NCBI GenBank assembly: GCA_021844945.1
Contig: JAKBSJ010000002.1
Location: forward strand, 38,965 to 102,964
Direction of reading: 5' to 3'
Source: Thermoplasmata archaeon
GTDB taxonomy: Archaea > Thermoplasmatota > Thermoplasmata > Lutacidiplasmatales > UBA184
Length of the DNA: 64,000 bases
Part shown: positions 27,513 to 37,100 of the stretch, in pieces
How the letters are laid out: each line of letters begins with the position of its first letter
Numbering within the stretch: position 1 is the first letter of the stretch
The notes under the pieces: generated by a model
What the model was told of the DNA's origin: nothing
Databases searched by the model: none
Seen by the model: the letters and a program-made list of their open reading frames with translations, nothing else
Translations under genes and position numbers: made by a program

Positions 27513-28036
27513 GCGAAGCGACTCGACCCGACAGCGCGGCCTTCCGCCGCGCGATGTCGCTCTGGGCGACGGGCGTGGGCGTCGTCACGACCCGGGGCCC
27601 CGATGGCGATCATGGGCTTACCGTCAACGCCTTCCTCTCCGTTACCCTCGAGCCGCCCACGGTCCTCATCAGTGTCGGTGACGAAGCGACGAGCTCCCCC
27701 ACGATCCGGGAGACGCGTCGTTTCGCCCTCAGCGTCCTGCGCGCGGATCAGGCAGACATCAGCGTCCGCATGGCCGCCGGCCGAGAGGGACGCCCCAAAT
27801 TCGAGGGGTTGCCGTTGCGACGCAGCCCCGGCGGGCTCGCCTGGATCGAGGGAGCGCTCGCCATGCTCGAGTGCGAGGTGGAGACCGAGTACCGAGCGGC
27901 CGATCACTGGCTCTTCCTCGGCAAGGTCGTCGCCCTCGAGACCGGCCCGGACGGACTTCCCCTCGTCTTCTATCGATCTCGCTACGGAGAGCCGGTCGGC
28001 TCGGACCAGGTCCGGTTACCCCTTCGTAAGCAATAG
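27509..28036 (+). CDS. Flavin reductase-like FMN-binding domain protein
   Basis: GTG start overlaps the permease stop (GTGA). FRRAMSLWATGVGVVTT...GLTVNAFLSVTLEPP is typical of the HpaC/RutF-type flavin reductase domain. Confidence 0.7.
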   Translation: MSEATRPDSAAFRRAMSLWATGVGVVTTRGPDGDHGLTVNAFLSVTLEPPTVLISVGDEATSSPTIRETRRFALSVLRADQADISVRMAAGREGRPKFEGLPLRRSPGGLAWIEGALAMLECEVETEYRAADHWLFLGKVVALETGPDGLPLVFYRSRYGEPVGSDQVRLPLRKQ

Positions 28037-28086
28037 GTTCCGGGGGAGCGAGACTCCTTTAACGGAGGGTCCCTTCCGGTGCGGAC

Positions 28087-29052
28087 GTGACCGAAGCGGC
28101 GGTGACCGACGTGCGCCTCGCGATAGTCGGCAGTGGGCCGGCCGGCCTCACGGCGGCCCTCTACGCGGCGCGCGCGAACCTCGACCCCTTGGTGATCGGA
28201 GGGGTCCCGGCCGGTGGCCAGCTGATGCTGACCAGCGAGATCGAGAACTACCCCGGCTTTCCCGACGGCATCCAGGGTCCGGAACTGATCGAGCTCTTCC
28301 GTAAGCAGGCCGCGAAGTTCGGTGCACGGTTCCTGGACGACAACGTGATCGGCGTCGACTTCACCCACCGACCGTTCGTCCTTCGGACCGGCACGAACGG
28401 GGACGTTCGGGCCCGGAGCGTGATCGTGGCGACCGGCGCGAACGCGCGTTGGCTGGAGCTCCCCAACGAGCAACGGCTTCGCGGGAAGGGCGTCTCGGCG
28501 TGCGCGACCTGCGACGGGTTCTTCTTCAAAGGCCGCGAGCTCGTCGTGGTCGGCGGTGGAGACTCCGCGATGGAGGAGGCCCTCTTCTTGACGAAGTTCG
28601 CCACGCACGTCACGGTCGTCCACCGCGGCCCGCACCTGCGGGCGAGCCGCATCCTTCAGGCACGGGCGCGCGCGCACCCCAAGGTCAGTTTCGTGATGGA
28701 CGCCGATGTCGTCGACGTCTTCGGAAAAGAGACCGTCGAGGGGATCGTCGTCCGGGAGCACGGTTCCGGTGCGAGCCGGACCCTGCCGGCCCAGGGTCTC
28801 TTCGTCGCAATCGGCCACGACCCCGCGACGGAAGTCTTCCGGGGAGCGCTCGAGCTCGATGCCAAGGGCTACGTCAAGACCCATGATATCACGCGCACGA
28901 GCGTCGACGGAGTCTTCGCGGCGGGGGACGTCTACGACCACCGGTACCGGCAGGCCGTCAGCGCCGCCGGGCTCGGGTGCATGGCCGCCCTGGACGCAGA
29001 GAAATTCCTCGCGGAAGAAGTGCCCCTACCTGTCGGACCGCCCCCGGCGTGA
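28087..29052 (+). CDS. trxB: Thioredoxin-disulfide reductase
   Basis: FAD motif VGSGPAGLTAALYAAR, redox-active CATCDG, NADPH motif VVGGGDSAMEEA. Confidence 0.85.
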   Translation: MTEAAVTDVRLAIVGSGPAGLTAALYAARANLDPLVIGGVPAGGQLMLTSEIENYPGFPDGIQGPELIELFRKQAAKFGARFLDDNVIGVDFTHRPFVLRTGTNGDVRARSVIVATGANARWLELPNEQRLRGKGVSACATCDGFFFKGRELVVVGGGDSAMEEALFLTKFATHVTVVHRGPHLRASRILQARARAHPKVSFVMDADVVDVFGKETVEGIVVREHGSGASRTLPAQGLFVAIGHDPATEVFRGALELDAKGYVKTHDITRTSVDGVFAAGDVYDHRYRQAVSAAGLGCMAALDAEKFLAEEVPLPVGPPPA

Positions 29053-29111
29053 CCGAGCGCATCCGGGCAGGCCTTTAATATGGCCCCCCGCGTGGCACGA
29101 GCGCGCCGCCG

Positions 29112-29303
29112 ATGGTGAACAAGAAGAGCCTGCACATCGAGTCGTCCGGCCAGCTGTGCATTTACTGCGGAGCCTGCGTCGGGATCTGCCCGCTCAACTG
29201 CATCTACCTCGACGAGACCCGGATCACGTTTGACGAGAGGGTCTGCACCCGCTGCGAGATCTGCGTCAAGGCGTGCCCGGTCGGCGCGATCGAGATTGGG
29301 TAG
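29112..29303 (+). CDS. 2x[4Fe-4S] ferredoxin
   Basis: Two CxxCxxCxxxCP clusters (CIYCGACVGICP, CTRCEICVKACP) in 63 aa. Confidence 0.8.
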   Translation: MVNKKSLHIESSGQLCIYCGACVGICPLNCIYLDETRITFDERVCTRCEICVKACPVGAIEIG

Positions 29304-29319
29304 GTATTCGGGAGGTCGC

Positions 29320-30510
29320 ATGGTCCAGAACCTGAAAACCGATGTCCTCGTCATCGGCGCGGGTCCCGCCGGTAGCATGACCGCGAAGTGGGCCGCGAAG
29401 AACGGCGCTCGGGTCCTCATGATCGAGAAACGGCAGGAGATCGGCAGCCCCGTTCGCTGCGGGGAGGGGATGAGCAAGTCCTGGCTGCCCGAAGTGGGCA
29501 TCACTCCCGGCGCGTGGATCAACCTGGAGGTCGAGGGAGCTCGCATCTTCTCCCCTCGCGAGCAGGTCTTCGAGATCAACGAAAAGCACGCCGGCAACGA
29601 GGTCGGCTACGTCGTCGAGCGCGATGGGTTCGACAAGGCGCTCGCGATCGACGCCGCGAACGCGGGCACGGAGATCCGGCTCAAGACGGCGGCCACCGAG
29701 ATCCTGAAGGAGGGTGGCAAGGTCGTCGGCGCCCGGGTCAAGCAGTTCGGGGAGCCGTTCGAGATCCGCGCGAAGGTCACGATCGGCGCCGATGGGTTCG
29801 AGAGTCAGGTCGGCCGGTGGGCCGGACTTCCCACGAACATCGCGCTGCGGGACATGGATACGTGCCTGCAGTACCGTATGACGAACGTCGACTGCGACAC
29901 CCGCTACTGCGACTTCTACCTGGGCGAGGTGGCCCCGGGCGGCTACGTATGGGTCTTCCCGAAGGCCGACGGGCTCGCGAACGTCGGGATCGGGGTGCAG
30001 CTCAGCAAGGTCCGGGGAATGGCCGACCCCCGCACGTACCTCGACGCCTGGATCGCGAAGCACCCCGCCTACTCGAAGGGGAAGACGATCGATGTCGTCG
30101 GCGGCGGCGTTTCGATCTCCCAGCCGGTGAAGCAGTCGGTTACCGACGGGCTCATGCTCGTTGGGGATGCGGCCCGCATGATCGACCCGCTCACGGGCGG
30201 CGGGATTGCGAACGGTTGCATCGCCGGAAAGATCTGCGGCGAGGTCGCGGCGCAGGCGGTCCACGCGGGGGACACCTCCCGCGCCTTCCTCGACCGCTAT
30301 GAGAAGGGCTGGCGCGCGAAGCTCGAAGAGAAGCTCTACCGGAACTGGTACGCGAAGGAGAAGCTCTGCACGCTCTCCGACGCGACGTTCGACAAGATCA
30401 TCGACGCGTTGCAGGGCGTTCGCCTCGAGAAGCTCAGCGTCCACAACATCCTGAAGGCCGTCCACGACAAGTACCCGGACGTGACGAGGGAGTTCGAGGC
30501 GTTCCTGTAA
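29320..30510 (+). CDS. Geranylgeranyl reductase (digeranylgeranylglycerophospholipid reductase family)
   Basis: Start moved to MVQNLKTDVLVIGAGPAGS (ATG 29320, preceded by ggagg). FAD fold and GGR-like length. Confidence 0.8.
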   Translation: MVQNLKTDVLVIGAGPAGSMTAKWAAKNGARVLMIEKRQEIGSPVRCGEGMSKSWLPEVGITPGAWINLEVEGARIFSPREQVFEINEKHAGNEVGYVVERDGFDKALAIDAANAGTEIRLKTAATEILKEGGKVVGARVKQFGEPFEIRAKVTIGADGFESQVGRWAGLPTNIALRDMDTCLQYRMTNVDCDTRYCDFYLGEVAPGGYVWVFPKADGLANVGIGVQLSKVRGMADPRTYLDAWIAKHPAYSKGKTIDVVGGGVSISQPVKQSVTDGLMLVGDAARMIDPLTGGGIANGCIAGKICGEVAAQAVHAGDTSRAFLDRYEKGWRAKLEEKLYRNWYAKEKLCTLSDATFDKIIDALQGVRLEKLSVHNILKAVHDKYPDVTREFEAFL

Positions 30511-30531
30511 CGCCGCGGATCCGGAGCAACG

Positions 30532-31161
30532 ATGCCGGGCGCACCGAACCGGCCGCCCGAGATGGCGGCCCCACCCCCCCCACCGATCGTCGACGCTCCC
30601 GAGCGACGCGTCCTGCGCCGCCTCGCCCCCAGCCGGATTGCGCTCAGCCTCGACGTATGGCGCGGGGCGCCGAGCCGGGAACTCATCGATCCCTTGGAGA
30701 AGGCCGAGGCGGCGTACGGAGCCCGGGAGTGGCGCGAGGCCGAGAGCCAGCTCGATCGCCTCGCGATCCGATTCCACGAGCCCCGTTGGCCGACGCTTCC
30801 CCCACCGTTCCGCGAGCTCCGGGTCCCGATCCCGCCCCCCCATCCGCCGCAATGGGATCCCGAGTTCCGCGCCTCTCCCGAGGAGAGGGAGGCGATGAAG
30901 GCCCGGAAGACCGGCGAGACCCAGGTGGCCCTCGTCCTCGCGAGCGTCGCTTGGGCGAAGGCGAAGGGGATCGACGTGGGAGAGTTCGAAACGACTGCCG
31001 AGACGGCTCGCGCCGCGTTTGCGGCCGGGGGCCCCGTCGCGGATCTCTACGCGGCGATCGACCCCATCTGGGAGGCCCTGCGGGCGAAGGTACCCCTGCC
31101 GAAGGCGGCGGCGAGCCGGGCGACGGCCGCGGTGGCTCCCGCCCAGCCCGAAGAGGCGTAG
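30532..31161 (+). CDS. Hypothetical protein (Pro-rich N-terminus, helical core)
   Basis: 209-aa ORF 22 nt downstream of the GGR gene on the same strand, with normal composition. Confidence 0.5.
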   Translation: MPGAPNRPPEMAAPPPPPIVDAPERRVLRRLAPSRIALSLDVWRGAPSRELIDPLEKAEAAYGAREWREAESQLDRLAIRFHEPRWPTLPPPFRELRVPIPPPHPPQWDPEFRASPEEREAMKARKTGETQVALVLASVAWAKAKGIDVGEFETTAETARAAFAAGGPVADLYAAIDPIWEALRAKVPLPKAAASRATAAVAPAQPEEA

Positions 31162-31168
31162 GCCGGCC

Positions 31169-31513
31169 GTGGGGAGCGACGGCGATCGGTCCGTCGTACG
31201 CAAGGACGAGGGCGAGGTCACGAGCTGGCCGCGGGGTCTCGCGGGCTACGTCCCGGCGGGATCTCCGGACCAGGGACCTCCTTCCGAGGAAGAGGACCGC
31301 CTCGCCCAGCGCATCCGCCTCGCGGCCCGGCTCATCGACCTCCTGCGTTCCTCCGGGCGCGAAGACCCGTCGTGGGAACGCGAGCTCCGGGCCGCCGAGA
31401 GGGCCTACCGCGAGCGCGATCGCGCCCGCGCGCGCGACGTCATTGAGCGGTTGATCGGCGTCCTGGGAACGGCGGCCGGCGCCCCCGGGGCCTCGGATCC
31501 TCCCACGCGGTAG
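31169..31513 (+). CDS. Hypothetical small helical protein (start uncertain)
   Basis: Third-position G+C is about 88% over the last 75 codons by hand count, which is gene-like. Helical sequence EEDRLAQRIRLAARLIDLLRSSG... There is no ATG, so a GTG at 31169 is proposed. Confidence 0.4.
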   Translation: MGSDGDRSVVRKDEGEVTSWPRGLAGYVPAGSPDQGPPSEEEDRLAQRIRLAARLIDLLRSSGREDPSWERELRAAERAYRERDRARARDVIERLIGVLGTAAGAPGASDPPTR

Positions 31514-31545
31514 GCTTACAGGGGCGTTCGCCTCCGGGCGAGACG

Positions 31546-32535
31546 ATGCCGAGACCTCGGTTCGGGACCTTCTCGATCGTCGCCTACGATCCCGCCGGAC
31601 GGGCGTGGGGCGTCGCCGTCCAATCGAAGTTCATCAGCGTCGGCTCGGTCGTTCCGTGGGCGCAAGCGAACGTCGGCGCTCTCGCGACGCAGGCGTTCGC
31701 GAATGTGCGCTACGGGCCCGAGGGCTTGAAGATGCTCGCCGAGGGCCGCTCGGCGGCCGATGTCGTGCGCTCGCTGACCTCCTCGGACCCGGGTAAGGAC
31801 GAGCGCCAGCTGGGTGTTGTCGATCGGAAGGGAGAGGCCGCCGCGTTCACCGGCGCGAAGTGCATGGAGTGGGCTGGGCACGAGATTGGAGATGGGTTCG
31901 CCTGCCAGGGGAACATCCTGTTCGGCCCCGCAGTGGTCCAGGCGATGGCCCGAACCTACGAGCGGACGCCCGGCGACCTGCCGGAACGCCTCCTGGCCGC
32001 GTTGTCGGCCGGCCAGCGGGAAGGTGGCGACCGCCGGGGAATGCAGTCCGCCGCGTTGCTCATCGTTCGGGAGAAGGGCGGCTACGACGCCGGGAGCGAC
32101 CGATGGGTCGATATCCGCGTGGACGATCATCCCGCTCCGATCGAGGAGCTCAAGCGCGTCTTCCGGCTCTACGACCTCACGATGCTGAGCCGCGAGGATC
32201 CGGCGACCCTGCTTCCGATCGATGGGGACGTCGCGAAGGCGCTCCAGCACGACCTCGGCGTCTTGGGCTACTACCCGGGCCGCCCCAGCGGTAGGTGGGA
32301 CGAGCCGAGCCGCGCGGCGTTCCGTAAGTTCGTCAACGAGAACAACTTCGAGAACAAGATGCGCGACGACGACAAGGTCTGGCCGTCGATCGTGCGCTTC
32401 CTCGCGGATGCGGCTCAGGCCGAAGTCCAGCGTCGAACGAAGACCCAGCCGATCCAGCCGCATGCGCTTGAGCGCGGACCCGGGGCCGCGGCGGGAGGAG
32501 ACGCATCGGGGAAGAAGCCCGCGCCGTCCAAGTGA
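31546..32535 (+). CDS. DUF1028 (Ntn-hydrolase-like) protein with a C-terminal peptidoglycan-binding-like domain
   Basis: N-terminus FGTFSIVAYDPAGRAWGVAVQSKF is typical of DUF1028. C-terminal VAKALQHDLGVLGYYPGRPSGRWDEPSRAAFRKF resembles the PG_binding_1 repeat. Confidence 0.6.
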   Translation: MPRPRFGTFSIVAYDPAGRAWGVAVQSKFISVGSVVPWAQANVGALATQAFANVRYGPEGLKMLAEGRSAADVVRSLTSSDPGKDERQLGVVDRKGEAAAFTGAKCMEWAGHEIGDGFACQGNILFGPAVVQAMARTYERTPGDLPERLLAALSAGQREGGDRRGMQSAALLIVREKGGYDAGSDRWVDIRVDDHPAPIEELKRVFRLYDLTMLSREDPATLLPIDGDVAKALQHDLGVLGYYPGRPSGRWDEPSRAAFRKFVNENNFENKMRDDDKVWPSIVRFLADAAQAEVQRRTKTQPIQPHALERGPGAAAGGDASGKKPAPSK

Positions 32536-32765
32536 CGGTCGCATTATCGCGTCGATACGACGATCCTCGGGTGGCCGAGATGATCGCGGCGGCGATCGAG
32601 GTCGATAACCCGAGCCAGGTCGAAGTGAGGACGGTAGCGGAGTCGCTCGAGATCCGGGTGATCGCTCCGTCGGCGGCGAGCGCCCGCGCGACGCTCGAGG
32701 ACCTAATGGCCTGCGTCCAGGCGGCCGAGCGGACGATCGGCTCGGGCCGCGGACCGCCGACGTAA
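32532..32765 (+). CDS. KEOPS subunit Pcc1-like protein
   Basis: 77 aa. The pattern (AEMIAAAIEVDNP..VEVRTVAESLEIRVIAPSAASARATLEDLMACVQAAERTI) matches my recollection of Pcc1/CTAG family topology. 4-nt overlap with the upstream gene. Confidence 0.45.
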   Translation: MTVALSRRYDDPRVAEMIAAAIEVDNPSQVEVRTVAESLEIRVIAPSAASARATLEDLMACVQAAERTIGSGRGPPT

Positions 32766-32812
32766 GCACCCGCGCCCCCGGGCCGATACCGTCAAGAACC
32801 GCTCGGAAGTCC

Positions 32813-33259
32813 GTGCGGAGAATGCCCGCGCCGGACGAGGCGACGACCCGCGACATCCTCACCCACGCCCGCACGATCGCCGTCGTCGGCCTCTCCGACA
32901 AGCCCGAACGGGACTCCCACGAGGTGGGACGCTACCTCCAAGCGCAGGGGTACCGGATCGTCCCGGTCAACCCCATGGTGAGCGACATCCTCGGCGAGCG
33001 ATCGTACCCATCGGTGAGCGCCATCCCCTCCGACGTGCCGATCGACATCGTCGATGTCTTCCGCAAGAGCGACCAAGTTCCCCCGATCGTCGAGGAGGCG
33101 CTCTCGCGCAATGTGCCCACGATCTGGCTTCAGCTCGGCGTGGAGAACCCCGAGGCCGGGGCGAGGGCCCGCAGCGCAGGCGCTCACTTCTACGAGAACT
33201 CCTGCATCATGGTGGCGCACCGCCGGTTGAAGATCCCCGCGAAGAGCGGCCGGCCCTGA
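32813..33259 (+). CDS. CoA-binding domain protein (YccU/YneT-like)
   Basis: TIAVVGLSDKPERDSHEVGRYLQAQGYRIVPVNP and IDIVDVFR blocks. Confidence 0.7.
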   Translation: MRRMPAPDEATTRDILTHARTIAVVGLSDKPERDSHEVGRYLQAQGYRIVPVNPMVSDILGERSYPSVSAIPSDVPIDIVDVFRKSDQVPPIVEEALSRNVPTIWLQLGVENPEAGARARSAGAHFYENSCIMVAHRRLKIPAKSGRP

Positions 33260-33272
33260 CGGAGGGAGAAGG

Positions 33273-34073
33273 ATGGCCACACCCGTTCGTTCTCCGATGG
33301 CTCCCGCCGCGGTCGCTCCGCCCTCGATGCCCCGGAGCGGCGCTTTCCGGGAGGTGGGCACCGTCCGGCATGCCAGCATTCACGCCCAACGCTACCGACT
33401 GCGGGGGGCCGGCAAGGTCACGGGAGAGGTCGACGTCGACGAGGCCGTCTTCGATGGGATCGCCACCATCACCGGCCCTCTCATCGCGAACCAACTGGAT
33501 GTCCGAGGGACCTTCGAGGTCGGAGGCGATGTCACGGTGAGCGGCGGCGCGGTCGTGCGAGGCACCGGTCGCTTCCTCGGCTCCGTCCGGGCGGGCCAGC
33601 TCACCACCGACGGGCTCGTGCGCGTGGCGAAGGATGTACGCATCGTCGGGACCCTCTCGGCCAAGGGCGCCCTCGAGATCGGAAAAGACGTCACGGCGGC
33701 GCTCTTCCTTCACGACGGGAGGATCTCCCTCGCGGGAGTTCTTCGCGCGCAGGAGGTCGAAGCGGTCTTCGAGTCGGAGTCGAGCATCGGTGCGATCGAG
33801 GCGACCAAGGTCTCCCTTCGCCCGCGCCAGATCCTCCGGCTCCCGGTGGACGTGCCCGTACTGAGCCCGAAGGCGCTCCTTCGGGTCGACCGCATCGAGG
33901 CCGAGTCGGTACAGATCGAGGGCGTGGACGTTGACTACGTCCGGGCGGGGTCGATCACGCTCGGTCGGCACTGCCACGTCACCCGGATCGACGGTACGGT
34001 CGTGAAGAAGGATCCGTCCAGCTACATCGGCTACGAGTCGCGTACCCCGCCGCCGCACGGTCTCTCGCGCTAG
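33273..34073 (+). CDS. Bactofilin-like (polymer-forming, beta-helical) protein
   Basis: Repetitive G-x-hydrophobic beta-helix pattern (GKVTGEVDVDEAVFDGIATITGPLIANQLDVRGTFEVGGDVTVSGGAVVRGTGRFLGSVRAG...). Confidence 0.45.
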   Translation: MATPVRSPMAPAAVAPPSMPRSGAFREVGTVRHASIHAQRYRLRGAGKVTGEVDVDEAVFDGIATITGPLIANQLDVRGTFEVGGDVTVSGGAVVRGTGRFLGSVRAGQLTTDGLVRVAKDVRIVGTLSAKGALEIGKDVTAALFLHDGRISLAGVLRAQEVEAVFESESSIGAIEATKVSLRPRQILRLPVDVPVLSPKALLRVDRIEAESVQIEGVDVDYVRAGSITLGRHCHVTRIDGTVVKKDPSSYIGYESRTPPPHGLSR

Positions 34074-34102
34074 GGTCCGCGCCGCTTTATTCGTGGACGC
34101 AC

Positions 34103-37100
34103 GTGCGGACCGCCATGCCGGCCGACGAGGAGGCTTCGAGCGGTAGCCCCGCCCCGATGGACCTCCAGACGAAGGTCGCCGATTACTGGAGCCGAACGGG
34201 GGTCATCGAGCGGGCGCTCTCGGGAGCCGGGTCGGGGCCCGCCTTCCGGTTCACCGAGGGCCCGCCGACGGCCAACGGTCGCCCCCACACGGGCCACATG
34301 ATGCCCGGCACTCTCAAAGACGTGCAGCTTCGCTATCGGAGGATGCAGGGGTACCGCATCGTCACGCCCATGGCCGGTTGGGACTGCCACGGGCTCGGGG
34401 TCGAGATCGAGATCGAGAAGAAGCTCGGGGTGCGGACCCGGCACGACATCGAAGCGTACGGGATCGATCGGTTTTGCGCGGAGTGCCGGACGAGCACCCT
34501 CGCCGTCGCCGCCGCCTGGCAGGAGATGTACCGACGGCTTGGCTACTGGCTCGATTACGACCATGCCTACCAGACGATGGCGCCGCCGTACATCGAGAGC
34601 GTCTGGTGGTCCCTCAAGACCCTGTTCGATCGCGGTCTCGTGGAGAAGGGCCACTACGTGCTCCCGTACTGCCCGCGGTGCGAAACGACCCTCAGCTCGC
34701 ACGAGGTCGCACAGGGGTACAAAGAGACGGTGGACCCGTCGGTCACTGTTCGGTTCCCGCTCCGAACGGAGGGCGGACCCCCGCGCGACCTCCTCGTCTG
34801 GACGACGACCCCGTGGACGCTTGTCTCGAACGTCTTCGTCGTCGCCCGCGCCGATCTTCCGTACGCCGTGGTTCGCGAGGCGGACGGCCGAGAGGTCGTG
34901 CTCGCCGAAGCCGCGATCCCGCGCTACTTCCCATCCCCGCCCGAGATCGTGGCGCGGCTGACCGGCGAGCAGCTGAAGGGCCTAGAGTACGACCCGCCGT
35001 TTCCGTTCGTGCCCGATGCCCCGGGTCGCTTCCGCATCCTCGTGGACGACATGGTCGACGTCACGGAAGGTACCGGATTCGTTCACGGGGCCCCGAGCTT
35101 CGGCCCGGACGACTACCGTATCGGCGAGCGGGAAAAGCTCGGAACGTTCGATCCGCTCACGAGCCGTGGGGTCTTCACATCGCAAATCCCTCTGGTCGAG
35201 AACCGGTTCTTCAAGTCGGCAGACCCGGTCCTAATCGAGGACCTCGAACGGCGGGGTCGGCTCTACCGCCACGACACGCTGCGCCATACGTACCCGTTCT
35301 GCTGGCGATGCGGCACGCCGCTCCTCTACCGGGCGATCGACTCCTGGTTCGTCCGTAGCTCTCGCTTCTCGGACGCGATGGTCCGGAACAACGCGAACGT
35401 GACATGGGTCCCCGCGCACGTGCGGGACGGGCGCTTCGGCAACTTCCTCACCGAGGCGAAGGACTGGGCCCTTTCTCGGAGCCGCTACTGGGGGACGCCC
35501 CTGCCGGTCTGGGTCTGCCCTCAGGGCCATCCCACCTGCATCGGTTCCTACGCCGAGCTCGCGAAGGTCTGGGGCCGCCCCCTCCCGGACGACTTCGACC
35601 CGCACCGTGTGGGGGTCGACCCGATCGAGTTCCCGTGCCCGACGTGCGGCCAGCCCGCCCACCGGGAACCCTACACCATCGATGTGTGGTACGACAGCGG
35701 CTCCGCGCCGTTCGCGCAGTATCACTATCCGTTCGATGTCGGGACGTTCGACCCCGCGGCTCCCCTCGACTACGTCGCGGAGGGGATCGACCAGACCCGG
35801 GGGTGGTTCTACACAATGCACGTGCTCGCGACCGCCCTGTTCGCGCGACCGGCCTATCGGGCCGCGGTGGCCACCGGGATGGGCCTGGACGACGTCGGCA
35901 AGAAGATGTCGAAGTCGAAGGGCAACGTCGTCGATCCCATCGACATCCTCACCCGCATCGGTGGCGATGCGGTGCGCTGGTACCTCCTCAATCTCGACTT
36001 CACCGAAGGGGTCCGCATGAGCGAGAGCGAGATGCGCGCCCAGGCCGCGCGCAGCCTCGGCCTCCTGACGAACGTCGTGGCGTTCTACCTGCAGAACGCG
36101 CGCGCGGACCGATTGGCTCCGTCCCACGAAGCGCCGTCGTCGACCGACCTGCTCGACCGATGGATTCTCTCCCGTTTCGAGGGGACCCGGCAGCGCGTCG
36201 AGTCGTCCCTCGAGAGCTTCGATCCCCGTCCCGGCGCCGGTGCCCTGAAGGCGTTCATCGACGACCTTTCGACCTGGTACTTGCGCCGATCTCGTCCCCG
36301 GTTCTGGGCGGAGGCCGGGACGCCGGAGCGTGCCGCGGCGCACGCGACGCTCGGCTACGTCCTCCACTCCCTCTCCCGCGTCCTGGCACCGTTCTCCCCG
36401 TATACGGCAGAGTGGATCGCCCAGGAGCTCGCGGACCGGCCGTGGGCCGAGGCAGGTTCTTCGGTGCACCTCGACCGCTGGCCGACTCCGCGCCCGGCCC
36501 TGCGGGACGATATGCTGGAGGCGGGCATGGATGAACTGCGCGCCCTGGTCGAAGTGGGACGGGAGCTCCGCCAACGTGCCGGGGTACGGGCCCGGATCCC
36601 GCTGGCCGAACTCGTTCTCTTCGGGGCTCCCTCCGAGAGGCTCGAGGCGCTCGGGAGCGAGGGAGAAGCGCTCCTCGCGGCCGAACTCAACGTTCGGACG
36701 GTGCGTTGGGATCCGACGCCCGGCCCCGACCGCTTCCCCAAAGACGCATGGGTGATCCGGGTCGAGGGGGATCGTAGGGTCGCGGCCCTCCCGCGAGCGC
36801 CCACCCCCGAACTGCTCGAGGAGGGGATGGTGCGCGAGGTCCTTCGCCGCCTGCAGCAGCGCCGCAAGGAGCTCGGACTCGCGTTCACCGACCCGATCGA
36901 GCTCGCTCTCGCGGCGCCGGCTTCCCTCCGGGACGCCCTCGAGCGCCGGCGTGCGACGTTGGAACGCGAACTGCTCGCGGAGGTCGTCGACCTCGTAGAA
37001 GATCTGCCCGCGGCGTCACCCGAGGACCGAACGTGGGAGGTCGATGGGGTGCGGTTCAGCGCGCGAGTGGCCCGGCGGACGGAGCGCGCGACGCCGACAT

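Noticed and set aside
29266-31221. 651-aa minus-strand ORF, one of the longest in the window.
   Set aside because: It is entirely antisense to the ferredoxin, GGR and downstream hypothetical genes. Its composition is heavily skewed towards R/G/P/D/L and it has no motif.
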